From contig NC_090393.1 of NCBI RefSeq assembly GCF_036365525.1, positions 22,063,804 through 22,127,803 of the forward strand: a stretch of 64,000 nt of DNA, read 5' to 3'. The stretch comes from Heterodontus francisci. Lineage: Eukaryota. The notes under the pieces were generated by a model. It was not told the DNA's origin and ran no database searches. It saw nothing but the letters and a program-made list of their open reading frames with translations. A program made the translations under genes and the position numbers. Positions within the stretch are counted from its first letter, which is position 1, and every line of letters starts with the position of its first letter. This document shows, in pieces, positions 11,633 to 23,304 of the stretch.

Positions 11633-11885
11633 TATTGAAAGAATTCGGTGAGTCTGTAGAGGGAACTTTGACCAAGCACCTCTTCTGATTCTGGCAAACT
11701 TCTAATTAAATGGGTTTGCTGCTTACACTGGTGGTGTAGCTGGAAGAGGGGGGGAAGTAGCAGGCTGAGGTTCAGGGAGCTACTCAGTGCAGGGATAGAA
11801 GAAGGGAAGCTCATAGGATGCCTTCTGTCCAGAACTTCTGATCTGCACAGCTCAATGAGAAGTCATCCGTGAGGAGGCTCAGAAC

Positions 11886-12218
11886 TCAGTGGTTAGCACC
11901 GCAGCCTCACAGCTCCAGCGACCCGGGTTCAATTCTGGGTACTGCCTGTGTGGAGTTTGCAAGTTCTCCCTGTGTCTGCGTGGGTTTCCTCCGGGTGCTG
12001 CGGTTTCCTCCCACATGCCAAAGACTTGCAGGTTGATAGGTTAATTGGCCATTATAAATTGCCCCTAGTATAGGTAGGTGGTAGGGAAATATAGGGACAG
12101 GTGGGGATGTGGTAGGAATGTGGGATTGGTGTAGGATTAGTATAAATGGGTGGTTGATGGTCGGCACAGACTCGGTGGGCCGAAGGGCCTGTTTCAGTGC
12201 TGTATCTCTAAACTAAAC
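11886..12218 (+). mobile_element. tRNA-derived V-SINE (shark HE1-like)
   Basis: A/B-box head CAGTGGTTAGC...GGTTCAATTC; V-domain TCCTCCGGGTGCT.CGGTTTCCTCCCAC; CR1-like tail GGGCCGAAGGGCCTGTTTCAGTGCTGTA. Confidence 0.9.
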
Positions 12219-13334
12219 TTTTATGCCTTGGGGTCATTCCAATCTGCAGTATGTGATATTTGCAACAGCAGCCCACCTGCTGTGCTGGTCTATACACAGT
12301 TCGCCAAAAGCCAATGACTTTATATCCTTCCCCATGGGCTCTGCACAGCCGGAAGACAGGGCTGAGGGCCTTGCCAGGATTGCAGACTTCCCCCTAGTTT
12401 CAGGGCATCATCAGCAGTACACACCTAGGCTTGCATACTTCAATATAAGAGCCTGGAGACTACAGGAATAGGAAGGAATTTCACTCATTGAACGCCCAGC
12501 TGGTACGCAATGACATGCAGTGTATCGCGTAGCTGTCATGAAAATTTAATTCTACACCAGACCACAATCCCTCCTCTCTTTGACCCCGAAAATCTGTTCA
12601 GAAGAGTCTGGCTGCTCGGGGACAAAAACTATCCATTCCAGAGCAATGCAGTTGTCCCACTTACATTGCATCTGTTTTAATTGTGAGTTGGAAGTTCGCT
12701 TCTATAGGTGAACTGAATTTCACTTCATCCACATAGAACGCTTCATCTTGAAGGTCTACTTGGACACTAAATTTCACCAAAAGCTCCTGTTGCTCACTAA
12801 GATATACCATTGCAAAATAAGTATATAATACTTTCTGAACTGATTTAAGTTCAATTGACAGCTATTTTTTGTTCTCCTGTATTGTGCTTCATCTGTAAAT
12901 ATAAATCCAAATAGTTTTACTCTGTACGTACTGCACTATTGTTTTTGTTATTGCTTTGTGGAAGTGAGGGGGAAATGCCATGGTACAAATAAGGAAACAG
13001 GTTTCTCATTACTGAATCTGCTACTATTTAGTTGTGAATATGAGAGCAGATATTTGAAGACAGCCTGAACTGTAGCAATATCATTGGAGCCTGCAGTGAT
13101 AGATGTAAAAAATATATCAGGTGTACTAAGCCACGGGAGGAGTACCCAATGTTAAAAACTTCCTCACAGCCAGCTGAGTATCTCCAATGGCACCATTTAA
13201 TATAATTGTTGCTTGTCAGAAGCGTTTTATGAAGATTTTATAAATGTATGAAAATAACTTTATTTAAGTTAGCAAATTTGGCCATTAGATCTTCTTGATG
13301 GGACAATCAGTATCCTGGATGGGCGGGGGTGGGT

Positions 13335-13990
13335 GGGATTACCATTGACCAGAAACTTAACTGGACCAGCCATATAAGTACTGTGGCTTCAAAAGCAGGT
13401 CAGGAGGCTGGGAATTCTGCAGTGAGTAACTCACCTCCTGACTCCCCAGAGCCTGTCCACCATCTACAAGGCACAAGTCAGGAGTGTGATGCAGTACTCT
13501 CCACCTGCCTGGATGGGTGCAACTCCAACAAGGCTCAAGAAGCTCAACACCATCCTGGACAAAGCAGCCCACTTAATTGGCACCCCATCCACCTCATTAA
13601 ATATTCACTTCTTCGACCACCAGTGCACAGTGGCAGCAGTATGTATCATATGCAAGATACACCGCAGCAACTCGCCAAGCTTCTTTCAACAGCACCTTCC
13701 AAACCTGTGGCCTCTACCATCTAAAAGGACAAGGGCAGCAGACACATGGGAACACCACCATCTGCATCTCCCTTCCAAGCCACACACCATTCTGACTCAG
13801 AACTGTATTACTGTTCCTTCACTATTGCTGGGTCAAAAACCTGGAACTCCCTTCCTAACAGCACTGTGGTGTACCTACACCAGATGGACTGCAGCAGTTC
13901 AATAAGGCAGCTCACCACCACCTTCTCAAGGGCAATTAAGGATGGGCAACTAATGCTGGCCTAGCCAGTGATGCTCACAACCCCTAAAAA
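13335..13990 (+). mobile_element. CR1 LINE 3' fragment (family B)
   Basis: GITIDQKLNWTSHI; MQYSPPAWMGATPTRLKKLNTI; same family as 34170-36410. Confidence 0.85.
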
Positions 13991-14029
13991 AATTTTTTTA
14001 AATATTGACAATTGCTGTACAAATGAGAT

Positions 14030-14460
14030 GAGGAATTACATGGATAGACTGAAGAAGCTGAGGTTATTCTCCTTCAAGCAGAGAAGGCTAAGGGTAAATT
14101 TGATAGGCGTGTTTAAAATCATGAAGGGTTTTGATATGGTAAACCAAGGAAAATTCTTTCTAATGGCTGAAGGATCAATAACAAGAGGGCACAGATTTAA
14201 GGTAGTTGGCAACAGAACCAGAGGCGATATGAGGAAAAGCTTTTTTATGCAGAAGTGGTTAGGATTCGGAATGCAGTGCCTGATTGGTTGGTGGATACAG
14301 ATTAAATAGGAGCCTTCAAATGGTAATAAGATAAACACTTTAAGAAGAAACAATTACAGGGATAAGGGGAGTAGGACGAACAGGATTGCTCTTCGTAAGA
14401 GCCAACGCAGGCTTGATGGGTTGAATGACTTCTTCGTATGCTGCACTATTCTATGATCCT
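14030..14460 (+). mobile_element. CR1 LINE 3' end fragment
   Basis: RLKKLRLFSFKQRRLRVNLIGVFKIMKG...TRGHRFK. Confidence 0.85.
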
Positions 14461-14775
14461 ATAAATTACAAAATTACCATAATGATATTGAATGGTTATT
14501 ACAACTACATTTCAAAGATAATTCTAATAATGAATACAACAATCTCTTCATTAATGAAAGCTATATGAACAGTAAAGAACATTATTATTTTAAAAAACTG
14601 ATTATTTTAACAGAGTAAGTTAGGTGAACATATTGATAAATAATGTGATACGAACACTGACAAATATGTCACAGTATGAGAGTGTTGATACATCTCGTCT
14701 TTTGACTCCTGTTCCGGAAGATTGGTGTATTACTACTGAGCAGATGGTGCTGGGATTGTGAAGGATTTAATTCGG

Positions 14776-14917
14776 ATGGAGCAGATTCCTCTACCAGCTA
14801 TGTCTCTGTACTCTTCTTTGCCTCATAATATCAGCCAGAGTCTGACCAACTTCAGTGGATCTCTTTTCATCAGCAATAAAACTCGGGACTGTGGTGATGG
14901 ATATAACAATATTCCAG
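14776..14917 (+). CDS. TMEM17: TMEM17 coding exon 1 (ATG at 14776 or in-frame ATG at 14800)
   Basis: (MEQIPLPA)MSLYSSLPHNISQSLTNFSGSLFISNKTRDCGDGYNNIP resembles TMEM17 N-termini; donor CAG|GTAAGA in phase 1 matches exon 2. Confidence 0.8.
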
Positions 14918-15479
14918 GTAAGACACATTAGCAGAAAATGGAGGCTTAGACATGTGACAACCAGCAATAACTCAGAACATGACAGGCATACAGAGAGAGT
15001 TCCCATGCAAGGTACTATAGCAATAACCCAAAGACTTACAAACACAACAAAGTTTAACAGGAAACTTCCACATAATGTTGGCAATAATCCAAAGACCTAC
15101 TGACGCAGATGCTTACACAGGAAGATACAATACCAGCAGTAAGTCACAGTGCATCTACTATAGGGAACTCCTATATATAGTAAAAGAAATAACGATTGAA
15201 AGAGCCATAAAAGAGGATGTAGTACTGGCAATAACTCAGATCGTCAAAACCTGAATAGCCTAATATAAGGATGTCAGAGATATAGTACTAAAGCAACCCA
15301 AGATCCTATAAGTTTTATGTTAACATTGTAGTATATACATTGCACTGTTTATACATTATACCATGGTATTGTGAAGATAATTCCAGTACTTGCAGTAACT
15401 GTCAAGTACAAATTGTGTGTGACTTTACACAGATATGTTAAAATGCAAGCAGTAACAAAGACTTGTACTTAAGACGAAA

Positions 15480-15680
15480 CAGCTTGCATTTCTATAGTGT
15501 CTTTCATCTCAGTATGTCCCAAGGTGTTTAACAGCCAATTAATTGCTTCTGAACTAATAACTATTGTTTTATAGGCAGATTCAGCAGTCAATTTGTGCAT
15601 AGCAAGGTCCCACAAATGGCAAATGATATGTGACTGGTTCATCTGTTTATGGTTGAGTAATGAATGGTCGCCAGTTACCA
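15480..15680 (-). mobile_element. DeuSINE/SacSINE1-like fragment
   Basis: CTTGCATTT.TATAG...CAGC..AATTTGTGCATAGCAAGGTCCCACAAA, shared with 49670 and 56645 copies. Confidence 0.65.
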
Positions 15681-16113
15681 CGCTGTTTTGCAAAAATAAA
15701 AGTATAGTGTGTTAATAAGTAAGTAATACCATGGGACAATTGGCATGGGTTGCTACACGGGCCTTTTCCTTCAGACTGTGGGTTTTAACATCTTCATTTG
15801 ATTTTTTTTTGTTTATCTGCAATATAAAACAAAGAACTTGCATTTATACATAGGATTAATTGTAAAAGGCTATTAAATAGTTTCGGACTTCAGGCACAGA
15901 GTAAAAGACTCTTTAGTTATATTAATAGCGACTAGCTACTTTTCACTGACTTCCCTGTTGTGTTATCACTTTTAATTGAGACTTGCCTGACTGTGCAAAG
16001 TGGTATGTATTGGGATTTACAGCTAAAACTATCTTGGCTGTGATAAGCTATTCTATAATGACCACTGCAAAAAGTTTAAAGATTCATTGAGTTGAGCTGT
16101 TTTCTGTTAACAG

Positions 16114-16217
16114 CTAATGAGATGGTGTCCAGTTTACCTTTGCAAATGGCACTGTATTTCAACGTGTTCTTCTTTCCATTCTGGTGGTTGTCAGAAGTGG
16201 CCATGCTTGAACTTAAG
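16114..16217 (+). CDS. TMEM17: TMEM17 coding exon 2 (104 bp)
   Basis: AG|CT..; (A)NEMVSSLPLQMALYFNVFFFPFWWLSEVAMLELK; donor AAG|GTGAGA. Confidence 0.95.
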
Positions 16218-16897
16218 GTGAGAATTAGTTCCGAGCGTCCAATAGCATCCAATGTGTCAGCCAATGAGTTGAAGGTGAGTGGGTATTATGGCAGGACTCA
16301 CAGCAACCAGACTATTTTACAGCAAAGTCTATTTACTCATTTGCAGCAACATCTCCTAATTTTAAAAAAACAGGGTGATTGCTCCAGAAAAATGCAGTGA
16401 GTGGAGGTGTATCTTTTATAGCTGATCTAATTTGTTAAAGGTTTTTGAGGATGGTGTTGAGAGACATATATAATTTCCATTCTGAGTTCGCAATTATAAG
16501 TGCTACCACATGGAAGTGCTAGATGGAGGTTAGATGCTACTCCAATAAGAGAAAGCCAAGATTAGAGAAACAGTGGTCTAGAAATTAATTCATGCTTGCA
16601 GGGGGTGTGGGAGGGGACGATTGGGAATGGGAGGAGGGATCAGGATCGACGATTGGGAAAGGCCCAAGTTAGGACTGGTAAAGGCCTTCAGCATTGCACT
16701 TTGCTTAGCCTAACATTGGAGCTCCTCCGTTTGTCCTGCTGCAGACATTAAGTGTGTAGATGTTTAGATATTTCTCATTTTTGCAGTTAAACCTGATTGA
16801 GATTCTTCTCAATCCTGCTTATTAGATTGCACTGAATTACAATGAGCAGTTTTGTACTTACTGACCTCTGTTTCTCCTCATCCCCTCCCCAAAGCAG

Positions 16898-17011
16898 TAT
16901 AGCATGTTACCAGGATACTACCAGTGGCTGCTGTTTGCAGCTGTGATAATTCTCACACTAATTGAATGTGTCCGACTTTCTCTAGGCTACACGGGAAACT
17001 TGCAAGAAAAG
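16898..17011 (+). CDS. TMEM17: TMEM17 coding exon 3 (114 bp)
   Basis: Polypyrimidine tract with AAGCAG (NAGNAG) acceptor; YSMLPGYYQWLLFAAVIILTLIECVRLSLGYTGNLQEK; donor AAG|GTGAGT. Confidence 0.95.
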
Positions 17012-18094
17012 GTGAGTGAATTAGAAAAGACAATTAACTGAAAATGTTTTCTCTGGGTGCCTTGCCAATGGCTCATTGGTTAAGTACACCACTTGATGTA
17101 CCAGGTACTCCCCAGTTTAAGGGATGTATACCTGTGTAAGCCGATTGAGGACAGGATCAGGTTCATCAATGACATTCCCTTTGGATCAATAGCTTGCTGA
17201 CATTCACAGTGTCACTTCATACATTGGAGGAAGGGCAGCCAGAATCTATAGAACAGTACCTTAGCATGATTCAGCTCCTGCAAGGGAAGAAGGGAGAAAT
17301 AGGTTTTCTCTTAAATTTATTTCTTGTTTCATTAGTAATGGTATTTTATTCCAAATGCCAATGCACCATTTCCGAATTGAAGGACGTAAAGCAACATCCT
17401 CTCAGACCTCTGCTGAAACTGTTCAGGAGCTGAATGGTAGGAGGAGCAGCCAAGAATTACTCTGAAACTAAGGTCACCTCCTCTTTTGTTGGGAAATGCA
17501 AGATCCTCCTCAGTGGAGCCAACCAAAATAGAAAGCACATCAAGTGGGGAATTGTATTACTCTGTTATCTTTAATCATTAAGGAAATGTTCATAGTAGTG
17601 CAGAAGACAATAAAAGAAAATCCCCCAGTATAAAAAAACCCAGAAATTACAAGTTAATTCTACCTGCAACAACTGTCAACCAACATAAAATGCTAGACTA
17701 ATCATATAAGTTTCTTTTTGATTATAAAAGAAGTCTCATATAAAGTGTAGTACTCTGAAGAAATGTCTAAGAGGCATACAATTTACAATGTTTCATTTAA
17801 GATAAATGAGGGTAATTTTGATGAAAGAGAAAATGTTTGAAATATATGCAATCAGCATCTGAAAGAGAAAGTTAGGTTGTTTCAGACCTTGCTCTTGGTC
17901 AGCAATCTGTTCTTTAATTCAAATTTCTAGCGTTCAGGATTTCTATCTCTCTAATGTAACCAAGGTGTATTATGTGAATTTACAATTGAACCCAATGTTA
18001 TTTGTTATAATAAGAGAAAATACTGTATAGATACTTCTCAGTTTTTCAGTTAAACATGATGGAGAATCTCCTCAGTCCTGCTTGATAGATCAAA

Positions 18095-18552
18095 ATGAAT
18101 GGTCACCGCACTTCGAAAGGATGTATTGGCCGAGGGCAGAATGCAGTACAGATTCACCAGAATGTTATCAGAGCTCCAGATGTTATATTATGAGGAGAGA
18201 TTACATAACTTAAGCTTGTATTCCTTGGAATATTGAATGCTGAAGGTTGATTTGAGTAAGGTTTTTAGGTTTTTTAAAGGAATTGATAGGGTAAAGAGAG
18301 CAACAAGGGGACATAACCTTAAAATCAGTGCCAGGCCAATCAGGAGAGAAGTTAGGAAACACTTCTTCACTCAAAGGGTGGTAGAAGTGTAGAAGTCTCT
18401 CCCACAAAAAAGCAATAGATGTTTTGCTAGCCAAGGGTATTAAGGGAAATGGAGCCAAGGCGGGTTGATAGAGTTAGGGTACAGATCAGTCAAGATCTCA
18501 ATGAATGATAGAACAGGCTTTAGGGGCTGAATGGCCTACTCCTGTTCCTACA
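18095..18552 (+). mobile_element. CR1 LINE 3' end in TMEM17 intron
   Basis: YEERL..L.LYSLE-type coding remnant; tail GGGGCTGAATGGCCTACTCCTGTTCCTA. Confidence 0.85.
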
Positions 18553-18631
18553 CTTAAATTTTGTTTAAGAGTTATAGTCATTATTATTGTGTACTAGCTA
18601 TTGATTCTGCCATTTGCATTTTGACCTGCAG

Positions 18632-18931
18632 CTGCCTGAGTTAGCTGGATTATGGTTGCTGTCCTTTACAATCCAGCTTCCTATTATTCTGTTCCTCCTC
18701 ACCGATAAATCCATCATCATCTTACCCCTGGAGCAGGCTGTTCATATTCTCTACTTCACCTTCCTGGTTTTCGAGTTGGTTGCGGCATTCCAGGCCCTAA
18801 GGAAAATGACAAACCAGTTGGCGACACGCTTCTACCTCCAGCAGTTTCAAGAGTCAGAATGTTCACAACGGCGCAACAGGAGCCAAGAAACTGGTATTCC
18901 ATATGGGAGGAACTCCATTTCCAATGTTTAG
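18632..18931 (+). CDS. TMEM17: TMEM17 coding exon 4 (terminal); protein 211-219 aa, tmem17a-like
   Basis: LPELAGLWLLSFTIQLPIILFLLTD...LPLEQAVH...LRKMTNQLATRFYLQQF...TAG. Confidence 0.95.
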   Translation: MPELAGLWLLSFTIQLPIILFLLTDKSIIILPLEQAVHILYFTFLVFELVAAFQALRKMTNQLATRFYLQQFQESECSQRRNRSQETGIPYGRNSISNV

Positions 18932-19187
18932 TGAGGCAACAACCTCCAAGTGTATTGATTTTTCCAACCATGTTACCAATCAGACCCAGCCCCACCAATG
19001 TTTCTGTGCGATTGCACCATTGCGAAGGTCCAGGCTTCTGTGCCACTGTTATTAGATGAAGGCTGTGTAAGAGAATTGATGGTCCTTCTTGTGTAATGTA
19101 GACTTTTTCATTAGCTGAGCAGGGCTAGGAAGGAATCAAGGATCTCTACTATTAACATACAGGAAATTGCCATTATGATTTTTTAAA

Positions 19188-19193
19188 AATAAA
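19188..19193 (+). terminator. TMEM17 poly(A) signal
   Basis: AATAAA, then ATTAAA (~19217) and a GU-rich element TTGTGTTGTGTG. Confidence 0.65.
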
Positions 19194-20736
19194 TTAACTC
19201 CAATTTCCTTGAGAAAATTAAATTGCTTGTGTTGTGTGCCTGAATTTTCTATTTTGCGTAATGAAAATGTCTTTCCAGTTTCCTCCCCTTGTTCCATCTC
19301 TTCCTGTGCCACTCCAGACGGTAAGTGCTATTCAAGTGTGTGAAAGGTTGTCAGGCAAGCTTGAACCTGACCTTTGCTTACATAAGCATTTTCTAGAATA
19401 ATTCACTGGAGAACATTTAGTAGCAAGTACCCTCAACAACTTTTTTTTTAATGTCCTAGCACAGAGACATTGAGCTAGTCTTTCGGCCTCTGCCCCACCT
19501 CCCTTCACCCCCATCCACCACATAGACAGGTTTTCAGCAGATCTGTGGCAGGCGCAGGCAGAACGAAATTCGAGGGCTGTTCTCCCGCCTGCCCATTGCT
19601 TTCCACTGCTGGATCCAACAGCATAAACAATGCCATCCCCAAAGACACACAAATGAGAGAAGCATGGCCTCTGCTGTGTTTCCCACTATTTGCAATACAG
19701 GAAGTATGTCTGCCAGCTGTGCCCCAGTGTTTGCGTGAAGGACTGAGGAGCAATTACTGGACCAGGAACCTGCACAAGCATTCATAATTCTGCTATGCAC
19801 AGGCTCAACTGAGAAAATTTTAAGTTTAAAAATAATGTTTTAGCACAGGCAACATGCTAGCTTCATTTTTCTCCCCCCCACAGCACATTTCAACACACGG
19901 CAACTGAAGCTTACTATGCTGAGTGCTCCTTGATGTTTGTGATATTGCTTAGATATTTATTTCAAATCTTAATTAATTTTGGACATTCCAAAGCTTAGTT
20001 ATTAATTTCATGGAATGCCAGCCCCACAATTACAGAGTACACGTGCCTGATAATAACAGATTGCTATTTTCAAATAAGTTAACCTTACCATGAGCTAGAA
20101 TTCAAAAGTGAATCCTATCCACTTTGTCATTTTGTATTGTCTTCCTTCTCTGCATCCCAGTAATTTTAACGGCCTTACAGGAACAATCAATTCAATTACA
20201 GGGTACATACTTTCAGAGAAACCCATGTAGTATTTTCATTTTTTGAATGTGTCTCTTTGTAACTTATTCTTTCTGAATCCTTAGTTTCTGTACATACACA
20301 AATATGCATACAAGAATGTACACACTTCTGTTTGTACACGCTCATGTGTCCTTTGTGTATATATACACACACAACACCATGCTATCTGAACTAACCTAAA
20401 ATTGAAGCCTTTAATTATAAGACTGATGGTATAGTAGGAGTTACACTCTGATGAAGGTTGACCAAAATCACAATTCTATTGAATCAGAATCAAGAATACA
20501 GCTCCCTGGTGGAGGATTTAAACAGTGAGCACAGTTAGATACCCGGCTGTGAGTCACCTGTTTGCTACAACGTCCTGTTTACAATTAAGTTTTTCTGTTA
20601 ACAATTTAATACTTCAGATAGTACAAGAAATGTAACTTACTGTAGTTGGATCAATTATAGAAACAATTGAAATCATTAAACTCAATGTATAAGAAGTGAT
20701 CTGAGAAGTTCAAAATGTAAACAGGGTAAAATGTAC

Positions 20737-21095
20737 AGGGATAGATTTTCCTCCCTCCCTTTGCACATGTTTGGGCAGCCAGTTAGTGGAATGTCCCAGC
20801 TGACTGCCCAATCATCCCAACGGGAGGCTCGATCCATTTTGAGGGCCAGACCTCTTCAGCATTCAGTCAGCGAGTTATGGCAGAAAACAATTTTGTGGAG
20901 GTCAGAGGAGCCCACCGATGCATGGAGATGCCGTCAGCCTCCTAGCAGTTTCGGGAGGGGGTCTTTCCTTTGAGGGCAATCCGTGGCCCTTGGAAGCCCC
21001 CCTGCCCCCCCCCCCCCACTGTGGCAATGGTTGCCCCCCCACCAAGACCCGCACCCCCACTCAGCAACCCCTCCACCCCCCCCCCCCCCTCACAT
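20737..21095. mobile_element. MITE-like fragment with poly-C runs
   Basis: Starts GGGATAGATTTT (resembles TIR GGGCTGGATTTT); C-runs at 20997-21090. Confidence 0.4.
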
Positions 21096-21749
21096 TTCGG
21101 ACGTCATACAACAGCATATTCCCAGATCATCGTGAGCAGAATCATGTGAGATCTACTAACATATATAATAAAAGCCTTGCTGTTAGCAAATACCTGTCAC
21201 ACACCAGGCATCACATCTCAAAGTGCTGCACTTTGTTACAGTTGCTGATTGTCTCAGAGTCTGAAAGTTACAAACAATTACAATTGCCTCTGATTGCCTT
21301 TAGCAACATCTAAGTAGACTCAACTATTTGGAGTTGTATGTTGTGACCATTAATGAAGACTAGCAGAAAAAATCACAATTGCATTCCTGACCCCAGATTA
21401 TGAACAATGTGATGGAAGATCTGATAGATAATATGCAATAGCAATCTCTTAGGCCAAAAACTCTCTTTTGACCAGACCAAGTTGAGTTTGGCCCGATGAG
21501 CTGCCTCCTCTCCCTGCATTCCACCATTGATAGCAGAGCCTTCAGCTGACTTGACTGCACTCTGAAACTTTCTCCCAAAATCTCTTTGCATTTTTACTTT
21601 CCTGTTTGCTGTTGAAAGCCTTCTAAATCGCCTATCACGTCTACTGATGTCTCTCTCACCTCTCTAACTCTTTTACTGCTGCTTGATACCTGTTTTCCCT
21701 AATTTTCTTTTGTGAAGCACCTTGGGACACCTACTGCCTTAAATATATT

Positions 21750-22212
21750 GGGCTGGATTTAAACAAGACCTCGTGGCGGTCAGCACTCACGTGCCTTCCA
21801 TTCCCTGTCCAGGGAAAGGCAGCGTGACACTGGTGGGGAGGGGAGAGGAGGTAGGAGTTTCAGTGCTGGGGGGGGAACGGGGTCAAATACACATAATGGG
21901 TGCAGGGATGATGGGAAGGGTTGAAGTTCAAACTTTGTGCATTCTGAGGGGGGGGGAGCGAGAAGGTCACATTTAAAAGGTAAGTGTTTTGGGGGAGAGG
22001 GCAATTAGTTATTGTAATTATTATTGGGAGGGGGGGTGGGAAAGGAGCATAAGAACTTTATTCATTTAATTTTGGGGGGATATTTCTTTAAAAATTTAAA
22101 TATTCCGGCAAGGCAGACTGCCCTTTAAAAATGGTGCGCAGGCAACTGACGCTATTGCCTGGGCTGGACAGCCAGCCCCCAGGATTGGCGGTGAGCTCTT
22201 AAAATCCAGCCC
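21750..22212. mobile_element. Harbinger-type MITE
   Basis: TIRs GGGCTGGATTT (21750) and AAATCCAGCCC (22212); 3-bp TSD ATT on both sides. Confidence 0.85.
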
Positions 22213-22539
22213 ATTATGTATCCATTTAAGTTGTTTTTGACTACCACCCCATTTGACAGATCACTCCATCGTTCATTGTTCTGTGAATAAAGTTCTTCGT
22301 AATATGTTTTAAAACCTACGCTTTATTAATTTAAATTTATGCACAAAAGCTACTTGTTGGGTGGGTGGTCCAGAAATTTCTAAAATTACTTTAAATTGGT
22401 TGCCAAAAATAATTAAAACAGTGTTCCAATTTTCCCATTGATGGAGGCATAGATCACAAGGATTTTCAGTTAATTTTTATCAGGAGCAAATGAACACCAG
22501 AATCCAAGCTGTAATCCCTACCTTTTTTTTGCATTTTTT

Positions 22540-23304
22540 TGCTGACCATGTTCTAACTCTCACCAAGTCCCATTCATCTATCACCCCTATGCTTGCTGGC
22601 CTACACTGGCTCCCAGTTAAACAAAGCCTACATTTTAAAATCTTCACCCTTGTTTTAAAATTCCTCCCATGGCCTCACCCCTCTCTAGCTCTGTAATCTC
22701 CTCCAGCCGTATAACCCTCTGAGATCTCAGTGCTCATCTCATTCTGGTCTCTTGAGCATCCCTGATTTTAATTGCTTTGCCATTGGTGACTGTGCCTTCA
22801 GCGTCAAGGCCCTAAGCTCTGGAATTCCCTCCCTAAACCTCTCCACAGCTGTCCTTTCTTTCATAGACTCATGTGATCATAGAAACTTAAGCACAGAGGG
22901 AGGCCATTTGGCCCATCATGCCTGTGCTGGCTCCATGAAAGAGCAGTTGTGTTTAGTTCTCCAGCCCCGTCTTTTGTCCATAACCCTGTAAGTTCCTCAT
23001 CCTCAATTACTTATCTATCTTTTACCAAATACCTTTTAAAATTATTTATAGAATCATCTTGCGCCACCTTTTTGGACGAAGAATTCCAAATCCCAACAAC
23101 ACTGAGTGGAAAAAAAACTCATCTCCTCTTCTGCCAACAATTTTAAATCTATGACTTCTAGTTATTGATGCACTCATCAGATTGACCCCCTTTCAAGACA
23201 TTCCTTAAAACCTACCTCTTTGACCAAACATTTGGTCATCTGCCCTAATATCTCCCGATGTGGCTTGGGGTCAAATTTTGTTTGATCCTGTAAAATGCCT
23301 TGGG
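22540..23304 (+). mobile_element. L2 3' fragment with a nested CR1 tail (22870-23180, minus); L2 end resumes at 24386-24432
   Basis: SITPMLAGLHWLPVKQ.LHFKI motif; L2 terminal GCCTTGGG|ACGTTTTA is split by an insertion. Confidence 0.8.

Noticed and set aside
11886-11945. tRNA gene
   Set aside because: A/B-box head continues into a V-SINE body and LINE-like tail, so it is a SINE head
14955-15310. CRISPR-like repeat/spacer periodicity
   Set aside because: Vertebrate intron, short degenerate cores, no cas genes; kept only as a cryptic minisatellite
16092-16400. ORF-track extensions beyond TMEM17 exon 2 (and before exon 4, 18614-18631)
   Set aside because: Homology stops at canonical splice sites; the extensions are intronic
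20447-20470. CTGATGAAGGTTGACCAAAA as a hammerhead core
   Set aside because: No GAAAC/GUH, no stem I, and no flanking element sequence
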